A stretch of 32,000 bases of DNA from Trichodesmium erythraeum IMS101 (GTDB lineage Bacteria > Cyanobacteriota > Cyanobacteriia > Cyanobacteriales > Microcoleaceae), in assembly GCF_000014265.1 (NCBI RefSeq), contig NC_008312.1, positions 5,910,001 to 5,942,000 of the forward strand. Reading direction: 5' to 3'. Position numbers and translations under genes: made by a program. Of the stretch, positions 19,150 through 28,557 are shown in pieces. Numbering within the stretch: position 1 is the stretch's first letter; every line of letters begins with the position of its first letter. Below the pieces are notes generated by a model, which was given only the letters and a program-made list of their open reading frames with translations, was not told where the DNA came from and did no database searches.

Positions 19150-21919
19150 ATAAAAATTTTACAGGTCTTTTTCTAATTTCTCAACTTTGATAAAATTAGT
19201 ATCTGTGGGAGTAAGAAAATATTTTGCTCAGTATATATATCTTAGTCTTCTGAAATAAGAGTCGCTACTGAAAAATTATCAGTATACTTAATTATTTACC
19301 AGAGGGAATTATCATCTATTGCCACATTATTTGGTCAGAGCTGAGATAAATTTGAGCTACTTTATGGCACCGGATATGAGATAAATTCCAATTGTTTCTC
19401 CTGTGGCAAAATATGACTCATTACCTGAGTGATAACCTGAGTGTTCAAAGACTTTAAGAAATTATTTTTTGAGTTCTGCTAAATATATTTTGACCAACTT
19501 TTCCTAATTTCTCAACTTTGATAAAATTAGTATCTGTGGGAGTAAGAAAATATTTTGCTCAGTATATATATCTTAGTCTTCTGAGATAAGAGTCCCTACT
19601 AAAAAATTATCAGTATACTTAATTATTTACTAGAGGTAATTATCATCTATTGCCACATTATTTGGTCAGAGCCTCTGTGGCAAAATATGACTCATTACCT
19701 GAGTGACAAAAGACTTCAATAAATTATTTTTTGAGTTGTGCTAAATATCTTTTTACCAACTTTTCCTAATTTCTCAACTTTGATAAAATTAGTATCTGTG
19801 GGAGTAAGAAAATATTTTGCTCAGTATATATATCTTAGTCTTCTGAGATAAGAGTCGCTACTAAAAAATTATCAGTATACTTAATTATTTACTAGAGGTA
19901 ATTATCATCTATTGCCACATTATTTGGTCGGAGCCAAGGCAAATTTGAACTGCTTTATTGCGCCGGAGATGAGATAAATTCCAATTGTTTCTCCTGTGGC
20001 AAAATATGACTCATTACCTGAGTGATAACCTGAGTGTTCAAAGACTTTAATAAATTATTTTTTGAGTTGTGCTAAATATCTTTTTACCAACTTTTCCTAA
20101 TTTCTCAACTTTGATAAAATTAGTATCTGTGGGAGTAAGAAAATATTTTGCTCAGTATATATATCTTAGTCTTCTGGGATAAGATTCGCTACTAAAAAAT
20201 TATCAGTATACTTAATTATTTACGAGAGGTAATCATTATCTATTGCCACATTATTTGTTCGGATCTAAGGCAAATTTGAACTGCTTTATTCCGCCGGAGA
20301 TGAGACAAATTCTAATTGTTTCCCCTGTGGAAAAATATGACTCATTACCTGAGTGATAAAAGACTTCAATAAATTATTTTTTGAGTTGTGCTAAATATCT
20401 TTTTACCAACTTTTCCTAATTTCTCAACTTTGATAAAATTAGTATCTGTGGGAGTAAGAAAATATTTTGCTCAGTATATATATCTTAGTCTTCTGAGATA
20501 AGAGTCGCTACTAAAAAATTATCAGTATACTTAATTATTTACTAGAGGTAATTATCATCTATTGCCACATTATTTGGTCGGAGCCAAGGCAAATTTGAAC
20601 TGCTTTATTGCGCCGGAGATGAGATAAATTCCAATTGTTTCTCCTGTGGCAAAATATGACTCATTACCTGAGTGATAACCTGAGTGATAAAAGACTTTAA
20701 TAAATTATTTTTTGAGTTGTGCTAAATATCTTTTGACCAACTTTTCCTAATTTCTCAACTTTGATAAAATTAGTATCTGTGGGAGTAAGAAAATATTTTG
20801 CTCAGTATATATATCTTAGTCTTCTGCGATAAGATTCGCTACTAAAAAATCATCAGTATACTTAATTATTTACGAGAGGTAATCATTATCTATTGCCACA
20901 TTATTTGGTCGGAGCCAAGGCAAATTTGAACTGCTTTATTCCGCCGGAGATGAGACAAATTCTAATTGTTTCCCCTGTGGAAAAATATGACTCATTACCT
21001 GAGTGATAACCTGAGTGTTCAAAGACTTCAATAAATTATTTTTTGAGTTGTGCTAAATATCTTTTTACCAACTTTTCCTAATTTCTCAACTTTGATAAAA
21101 TTAGTATCTGTGGGAGATAAGAAAATATTTTGCTCAGTATATATATCTTAGTCTTCTGGGATAAGGTTCGCCACTGAAAAATTATCAGTATACTTAATTA
21201 TTTACGAGAGGTAATCATTATCTATTGCCACATTATTTGGTCAGAGTCAAGGCAAATTTTAACTGCTTTATTCCGCCGGAGATGAGACAAATTCTAATTG
21301 TTTCTCCTGTGGCAAAATATGACTCATTACCTGAATGATAACCTGAGTGTTCAAAGACTTTAAGAAATTATTTTTTGAGTTGTGCTAAATATCTTTTGAC
21401 CAACTTTTCCTAATTTCTCAACTTTGATAAAATTAGTATCTGTGGGAGATAAGAAAATATTTTGCTCAGTATATATATCTTAGTCTTCTGGGATAAGGTT
21501 CGCCACTGAAAAATTATTAGTATACTTAATTATTTACGAGAGGTAATCATCATCTATTGCCACATTATTTGGTCAGAGCTGAGATAAATTTGAGCTGCTT
21601 TATTGCGCCGGATATGAGACAAATTCTAATTGTTTCTTCTGTGGCAAAATATGACTCATTACCTGAGTGACAAAAGACTTCAATAAATTATTTTTTGAGT
21701 TGTGCTAAATATCTTTTTACCAACTTTTCCTAATTTCTCAACTTGGATCAAATTAGTATCTGTAGGAGATAAGAAAATATTTTGCTCAGTATATATATCT
21801 TAGTCTTCTGCGATAAGAGTCGCTACTAAAAAATTACCAGTATACTTAATTATTTACTAGAGGTAATTATCATCTATTGCCACATTATTTGGTCGGAGCC
21901 AAGGCAAGTTTGAACTGCT
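19150..21919. repeat. Tandem array of 8 full and 1 distal partial copies (unit 262-332 bp) of the 3' terminal ~320 nt of the GTPase gene at 21920..23413
   Basis: The anchor ctaatttctcaac occurs at 19173, 19504, 19766, 20097, 20416, 20747, 21078, 21410 and 21730, with the parental homologue ctaattgatcaat at 22051. The periods are 331, 262, 331, 319, 331, 331, 332, 320 and 321 bp. No ORF of 60 aa or more exists on either strand. A more decayed copy probably extends to ~18890. Confidence 0.95.
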
Positions 21920-23413
21920 TTATTGCGCCGGAGATGAGACAAATTCTAATTGTTTTCCCTGTGGCAAAATATGACTCATTACCTGAGTAACAAAAGACTT
22001 CAAGAAATTATTTTCTTGGGTTTTACTAAATACACCTTGAATAATTGTTCCTAATTGATCAATATTCACGGAATTAGTATCTGCTTGAGTAGTCAAATAT
22101 TCTACTAAACTCATACCTGCTACTCTTGTCAAATAAGCAGCACTTACTGCTTGAAATGCACCACCAGCAACAAAAGTTAAACTGTTACTTTTAAGTAGAG
22201 TAGTTAATGTTTTGGTAGATAGTTCTACTAGTCCTAGTTTTAACATTAACTCTGCCATAGTACCTGCTACTTGTTTACCTTTTTCTATAGAAAATTTTTG
22301 CTCATATATAGCACTTAAGTCTACTACTAATTGAGTATTTATAGCTGCTGTTGCTAATAAGTCTAAAGCTGGAACTGGATTAGCAAATGCTGTAGCAGCA
22401 GCTATCCATTGATATTTTTCAATGACAGGAAGCGCTCGTTCTTTTCTGATTTTATTTAAAATATTTTGAGCTTCTAATCTAAATATTTCCGCTTTTCTTA
22501 TAGTAGTTGCCCAGACTAACTTTTCTCTTTCTTCCTCTAATAGTTGGTTTAGTTTTTCTGTTAATTGAGATATTTCTGGTAATGGTTGTTCTATAGATTC
22601 TTGAATAGTGCCATCTTGCTGATATTTTCGCACTTTAATAGGGTTAGGTTTTACAGAAATTCCTACTAAATTTTTCTCTGAGTTAATAGTAGATAATGTC
22701 TCTTTAATTTTTTGGATGACTTGTGGTTTTTGGTCTGGTAAATATAAGTCTTGTTTATTCCAAATTAAGATAAAACGTTGACCAAGAGTTGTTAGTTTTG
22801 ATAAAGCTTGAAATTCTGAATCTATTAAGTCACCTGTAGTCAAAAATAATATCAAATCGTAAGGCGATAGAGGATTAACTTTAGCATATTCATTGTTTGT
22901 TGCCCATTCTGGCTCCCAAGTTATATCAACAACTTTTATTTTTGGTGATTTTTTAGAGTTCCATTGAGACTTTAATATTTCAGTAAAAGTAGTTTTGCCA
23001 ACTCCTTTATTGCCTGTAATAACTATACTTAATTCTTGCCTTTCTAATTCCTGAGTAATAATTTTTACTTGCTGATGTAGTTGAGTAATATCATTACTTA
23101 TTTTTTCAGAGTTATTAATACCTTCTACTGTCATAGAAACCTTATCTATAGTAATAGATAATAAACCGATCGCCTCTTCTGCTGCTTGTTTTGTAGGTGA
23201 TACGATTATACTTGGTTTATGGGAAGGTAGATATTTTGGTCTTTTTAATAACCAAACCCCCAGACTGACTACTATAATTCCTAAAATAGTAGGTTCACTA
23301 TTGTCTGTTATAAAATTTTGGACCTCTGAGAGTAGCCATAACAGTAGAGATAAACCTATTCCCCCTACTAAAATTGGTCGTTTTAATTTTACAGCCATTT
23401 TTATTTTCCTCAA
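21920..23413 (-). CDS. P-loop GTPase-like protein with an N-terminal TM segment and a C-terminal DUF697-like membrane domain; parent gene of the downstream tandem array
   Basis: 497 codons. G1 is ITGNKGVGKTT and G4 is WNKQD. There is a coiled-coil-like middle region and hydrophobic N- and C-terminal segments. An alternative start is Met at 23398. Confidence 0.85.
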   Translation of the reverse strand: MRKIKMAVKLKRPILVGGIGLSLLLWLLSEVQNFITDNSEPTILGIIVVSLGVWLLKRPKYLPSHKPSIIVSPTKQAAEEAIGLLSITIDKVSMTVEGINNSEKISNDITQLHQQVKIITQELERQELSIVITGNKGVGKTTFTEILKSQWNSKKSPKIKVVDITWEPEWATNNEYAKVNPLSPYDLILFLTTGDLIDSEFQALSKLTTLGQRFILIWNKQDLYLPDQKPQVIQKIKETLSTINSEKNLVGISVKPNPIKVRKYQQDGTIQESIEQPLPEISQLTEKLNQLLEEEREKLVWATTIRKAEIFRLEAQNILNKIRKERALPVIEKYQWIAAATAFANPVPALDLLATAAINTQLVVDLSAIYEQKFSIEKGKQVAGTMAELMLKLGLVELSTKTLTTLLKSNSLTFVAGGAFQAVSAAYLTRVAGMSLVEYLTTQADTNSVNIDQLGTIIQGVFSKTQENNFLKSFVTQVMSHILPQGKQLEFVSSPAQ

Positions 23414-25319
23414 AATTCCCTTTATTGTTAATTTTATCTTAACTATCCTTTTTCCATTATGGGTTATCAGTTAACTTTTTAGGTCGGAGCTTCACTTTTC
23501 ATCTCTGGTAGGGAAATAGTTATCTACTCAAATAGAATACTTAAAAATACTAAGTTTTCTTTAAAATACTAAGTTTTCTTTTTTACTCCCCTTAAAAAAT
23601 ATATCTGGCAACTAAAAATTTGGTGCTGGAGTTGCCAATATCCCCATTATTGAAGTTATTAGTATAATTTTTATTTTAACTTTTTATAAGAGGAAGACTT
23701 GAAATACTGAACGTTCTTTTTTTTACCGTCTTAGGTAGGTGTGAAAAAACTTAGTTATATTAAGATTCGTTTACTGACTCTAAGTTCTTCCACACAGTTT
23801 ACTTGAGATAAATTTACATTTTGTTAAATAGCGACAAATTTTAACACCGATCTACTTAAATGGTTATACAAAATTAATTGTATATTTTCTGCCAAATTAA
23901 TTCAAAATATTTTTGACTGCATTTACTCAACTCCCATAACTTTTATAAGTTTCTATTTGTAACCATTTATATCTGATAAAATACTATTATATTTTTATAA
24001 TATTTATTTGAGGATAATATGTTGGCAATTACAAAAATAATCAATTTTTTTATAAGCATTATTTTTATTTTTACCAAAATAAACTATTTTGATATATCGG
24101 TGAATTATCTCTTACTAATACTATTTTTTTTATTGATGTTTTCACAAAAAATATTTATGCAACATAAAACTATGCCACTACTGATGCAACACTAAAATAT
24201 GTATGCTTATAGTTAATAATCTCTACTGAAAAATCCCGATAAATTTAATCACTTCTTTTTTAACTTTTGATTCATAGTTTGCTTCCCTTTTGTGATTATC
24301 TATAAGTATAAATCAATTTAAATTTAAATAGTCACCTACTTTTATCCATATATCTAATCTTTATTTACTTTCTACCCATGTTGTAATTTTAATTCTTCTA
24401 TTGATGTAATTTTTTTCTGATTAAATTATGGTAGTGTCTTTCTATCCTGCTCTTTTTTCTTAACTCCATTCTACCCTATATTCACTGAATTGTTAGCTTC
24501 TTTCATTTCTTTTCTAATTCCTTGGATAAAATTTTTTAAGTTAGCTTTTCGGTCTACTTTTCCTAGTGAACCGAAATTAAATCTCAGAGCTAAATCTCAT
24601 TTAACTACATCTATATTTGGAGATTTTTTGGCAAATTCAACTAAAATTTTACTAAAAAAAATTAGAAACTTATTCCATTTCTAAATCTCAGACATAATGA
24701 TCAATTTCACTATATGTTTTATCCACTGCAGAAAATATATAATTTTTGGCGATCGCTAAGTCAAAAATTAGAGTATTTTTATCTATTTTAATACCTTTAT
24801 CATAATACCCATGAACTTTGAATCCCTTATTTATGTGCTTCATCAATTAACCAAACTCACCATTGTTCATTAAGTTCATTCCGATAAATTTTTGCTCCTA
24901 ATACTTTTTTCAATACTTTACTTTTGTAGATATTGCAGCTATTTACCTCAACTCCATGAATGATAATATTAAATCCTTCTTTTTCTCATAAAAACTATTG
25001 CGCAGATTGTTTTTGCTTTAAAATTATTAGATAATCGATAAAAATAAGTTTATTAAAAATTAGTTATAAATGAAACTATATCAAAGGTTTGAAAAAGGAC
25101 AATATATCCTTTCCCAACCATTGATTTATTTAATTAATTGCAAAATCTTAACTATTCAGGCAATAAAATCAAACTTGTTTAGAGAAGTATAATTTATGAA
25201 AGGCTAAAAACTGATAAATACTTGATTCTGCACGAAGAATAAGGTTAGTATTCTGTCAGACTTCTCTGAGTAAAGCAAATACATAAAATCATCTGTTAAT
25301 ATCACATCTTTTTTCACCT

Positions 25320-25901
25320 CTAACCAAAATAAGAAGGCTCATTTCCTGCTTTCCATTTAATATTACAACCTACACTAGGCTTTTGTTCTTCCTCTATATT
25401 TTTTCCTGCTAAAACTGTATCTAAAGCTGCTCGTAAATCACTTCCAGTTACAGGTTTTTCATTACTAGGACGACTATCATCTAATTGCCCTCTATATACT
25501 AATTTATAATCAACATCAAATAAGAAAAAGTCAGGAGTACAAGCAGCAATATAAGACTTTGCAACCTCCTGAGTTTCATCAAAACAATAGGGAAAATTAA
25601 ACTCTAATTCTGATGCCATTTCTTTTAGTTTATCTGGAGCATCATCAGGATGACTTTCAATATTATTGGAACTAATAGCGACAATTCCCACATCTTTTGG
25701 AACATAATCTTTGCCAATTTTAGCCAACTCTAATTGAATGTGTTTTACAAATGGGCAATGACGACAAATAAACATTACTAATAATGCTTTTTTCCCCTTA
25801 AATGTTGATGGGGAAATTATATTCCCGGAGACCACATCTGGCAGCTCAAAATTTGGTGCTATAGTTCCCAATTTTAGCATTGTAGACTCTGTTAAAACCA
25901 T
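25320..25901 (-). CDS. Thioredoxin-fold thiol-disulfide oxidoreductase (AhpC/TSA-redoxin family)
   Basis: 193 codons with a CxxC motif (FICRHCPFVKH) in a typical redoxin context (GKKALLVMF...). Confidence 0.8.
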   Translation of the reverse strand: MVLTESTMLKLGTIAPNFELPDVVSGNIISPSTFKGKKALLVMFICRHCPFVKHIQLELAKIGKDYVPKDVGIVAISSNNIESHPDDAPDKLKEMASELEFNFPYCFDETQEVAKSYIAACTPDFFLFDVDYKLVYRGQLDDSRPSNEKPVTGSDLRAALDTVLAGKNIEEEQKPSVGCNIKWKAGNEPSYFG

Positions 25902-26029
25902 AGTATCATTCCTCTATAACTTGACTTTCTAGAAAAAGAATACTACCTTTTTTGTTAAATGCACAATAGACATTTCTGACTAATTTTGGGTATAAGATCA
26001 GATGTAATACTTTTTCGACTTATTTTAAT

Positions 26030-27514
26030 ATGACCACCACTGTACCAGTTAAAACAAAGTATGAAGCCATTATTGGCCTAGAAACCCATTGTCAGCTTAG
26101 TACCCAAACTAAAATTTTCTCTAATTCCTCCACAGAATTTGGTGCCACGCCTAATACCAACATTGACCCAATATGTATGGGAATGCCAGGAGTATTACCT
26201 GTACTTAATGAAAAAGTTTTAGAATATGCTGTCAAAGCAGGGTTGGCCCTAAATTGTGAAATTGCACTCTACAGTAAATTTGACCGGAAACAATATTTCT
26301 ATCCAGACTTACCTAAAAACTATCAAATTTCTCAGTATGATTTGCCGATCGCTGAACATGGTTGGTTAGAAATAGAAATAGTAGAAGAGGATGGTAATGC
26401 AACTCGTAAAAAAATTGGTATTACTAGACTGCATATGGAGGAAGATGCAGGTAAGTTAGTCCACGGAGGTAGCGATCGCTTATCTGGTTCGACTTATTCA
26501 ATGGTAGATTACAACCGTGCTGGTGTACCATTAATAGAAATTGTATCAGAACCGGATATCCGTTCTGGAATAGAAGCTGCCGAATATGCTCAAGAATTAA
26601 GGCGAATTGTTCGCTATCTTGGAGTTAGTGATGGAAATATGCAGGAAGGTTCCTTGCGATGTGATGTAAATGTTTCTGTGCGACCTGTTGGCCAAAAAGA
26701 ATTTGGCACAAAGGTAGAAATTAAAAACATGAACTCCTTCAGCGCCATACAACGAGCGATCGAATATGAAATTGAGCGGCAAACTGAAGCTATTGAAACA
26801 GGGGAGAAAATTATTCAAGAAACTCGACTCTGGGAAGAGGCCTCTCAATGTACTGTTAGCATGAGGACTAAAGAGGGCTCTAGTGACTATCGTTATTTTC
26901 CAGAACCTGACATTCCACCTATTGAAGTCTCAACTCAGCAGCTAGATACTTGGAAAGCTGAATTACCAGAATTACCTGCACAAAAACGTTACCTTTATGA
27001 AAGTAAGTTAGGTTTATCTGCTTATGATACTCGTGTTCTGACTGACGACTTTAATGTGGCAAAATATTTTGAAGCGGCAGTTGCAGCAGGTGGAAACTCT
27101 AAACAAGTAGCTAACTGGGTAATGGGAGATATTACGGCTTTTTTGAAAAATGAAAAAATTAGTATTAATGATATTACTCTAAAACCTGATAATTTGGCCG
27201 AGCTAGTCACAATTATTGATGATGGTACTATCAGTGGTAAAATTGCTAAGGATATACTGCCAGAGTTATTATCTAAAGGTGGGTCGCCCAAGGAATTAGT
27301 AGAGAAAAAAGGCTTGATTCAAATTTCAGATATTAAGGCAATAGAAGCAATTATAGATGAAGTTTTAGCAGCACATCCGGAAGAGTTAGCAAAATATCGC
27401 GGCGGTAAAACAAAACTCAAAGGTTTCTTTGTTGGGCAAGTGATGAAAAAAACACAAGGTCGTGCTGATCCAAAGATGACAAATCAATTAATTAGTAAGA
27501 AGTTAGAAGGGTAA
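26030..27514 (+). CDS. gatB: Asp-tRNA(Asn)/Glu-tRNA(Gln) amidotransferase subunit B
   Basis: 494 codons with clear GatB similarity end to end ([92 protein letters not shown]-terminal GatB/YqeY helix). Confidence 0.97.
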   Translation: MTTTVPVKTKYEAIIGLETHCQLSTQTKIFSNSSTEFGATPNTNIDPICMGMPGVLPVLNEKVLEYAVKAGLALNCEIALYSKFDRKQYFYPDLPKNYQISQYDLPIAEHGWLEIEIVEEDGNATRKKIGITRLHMEEDAGKLVHGGSDRLSGSTYSMVDYNRAGVPLIEIVSEPDIRSGIEAAEYAQELRRIVRYLGVSDGNMQEGSLRCDVNVSVRPVGQKEFGTKVEIKNMNSFSAIQRAIEYEIERQTEAIETGEKIIQETRLWEEASQCTVSMRTKEGSSDYRYFPEPDIPPIEVSTQQLDTWKAELPELPAQKRYLYESKLGLSAYDTRVLTDDFNVAKYFEAAVAAGGNSKQVANWVMGDITAFLKNEKISINDITLKPDNLAELVTIIDDGTISGKIAKDILPELLSKGGSPKELVEKKGLIQISDIKAIEAIIDEVLAAHPEELAKYRGGKTKLKGFFVGQVMKKTQGRADPKMTNQLISKKLEG

Positions 27515-27957
27515 AAGTTTGAGGTATAAGGTGTTGAAAAACCCTTGGTCGATTCTTGCATAATGCTCAAGTACAAATTATAGTATTATAGTGGTGCATT
27601 AAGTTCTATATGGTTCCAATGTAATTGCTTATGTGATTACTTAATTTGTGCGAAAATGATAAGGTTTTTCACACCCTATTTTCGACAGGTTTTACCATTG
27701 TGTTATTCAACCTTTCTACATAAATGGTTTTATCTGTCTCCTTAGCTACTATTTGATGCCCTATTGAAGGTAAAATCACTTCATACTTCCTAAAATTCAG
27801 TATAGCAAGTTGTACATTTACGATCGATGTATTTTAGGAAATTTCTAATAGGTAATCCCTTAGTCAAAGTTATCAAATAAAGTTGAAAAATTTCATGCTA
27901 TTCTAAATTCAACTTGGGTTGAATTTGATTGTAATTATTATTGGTATTGGCTAAAGT

Positions 27958-28557
27958 ATGATGTCAATTTATATGTATGCTGCCAAATTTAACTATAGGT
28001 CAATGAATTTATATTCTCGTATTTTATCGACCATAATATTCACATTAGCTAATCTTTTAATAAGCACAATTATGGTCTTAGCATCTGCAAAAAATATTAC
28101 TCTTTCGATAGATTCTAACGAAAATAACTATTATAATATTTTGGTAAAAAACGCAGAAGATTTAGCTAAAAAGACTATTAATCAAGAATTTGACAATAAT
28201 CCAGAAATCACTAGTTTTACTATTACTATATTAGGAGAACGTAAAGGTCAAATAGTACCTGTGATCCGTTCTACTGTCTCTCGTGCGGAATGGCAAAATA
28301 ATCCTAATATTGATAATTTTACTAGATATTTTGCCGATGCTAAATTGCTATTAAAGTTTGAGGATGAGAGTGATATTTCTGAAGGACAACCTCAACTTCC
28401 CAATCCTTCTCCTCAAATTCCTGCTCCACCTCCCCCATTACCTAATTCTCAACCAAAAGCTCCTCAACCTCAAAATAAATCCCCTAGACAAAGACCTTCA
28501 TCTACTTCTCCCAGATTTCCTACTGATGAAGATGACCCAAGAATAATAGATGATTAG
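27958..28557 (+). CDS. Hypothetical secreted or membrane-anchored protein with a Pro-rich C-terminus
   Basis: 199 codons. It has an N-terminal hydrophobic anchor (ILSTIIFTLANLLISTIMVLASA), a ~100-aa globular part, and a tail PQLPNPSPQIPAPPPPLPNSQPKAPQPQ. The real start may be Met at 28003 (MNLYSR). Confidence 0.55.
   Translation: MMSIYMYAAKFNYRSMNLYSRILSTIIFTLANLLISTIMVLASAKNITLSIDSNENNYYNILVKNAEDLAKKTINQEFDNNPEITSFTITILGERKGQIVPVIRSTVSRAEWQNNPNIDNFTRYFADAKLLLKFEDESDISEGQPQLPNPSPQIPAPPPPLPNSQPKAPQPQNKSPRQRPSSTSPRFPTDEDDPRIIDD

Noticed and set aside
19150-21919. Interpretation of the tandem array as a CRISPR array
   Set aside because: The units are contiguous ~320-bp homologous copies with no short conserved repeat alternating with unique spacers. 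No cas genes are present in the window.
19150-22020. Interpretation of the array tails as template repeats of a diversity-generating retroelement targeting the GTPase C-terminus
   Set aside because: No reverse transcriptase or accessory gene is present in the window, there are many copies instead of one template repeat, and the gene-versus-copy mismatches I counted are of mixed types rather than confined to adenine positions.
24490-24684. 64-codon ORF in the AT-rich desert
   Set aside because: It has a TTG start, no Shine-Dalgarno sequence and a composition typical of translated T-rich DNA. I treat it as non-coding.
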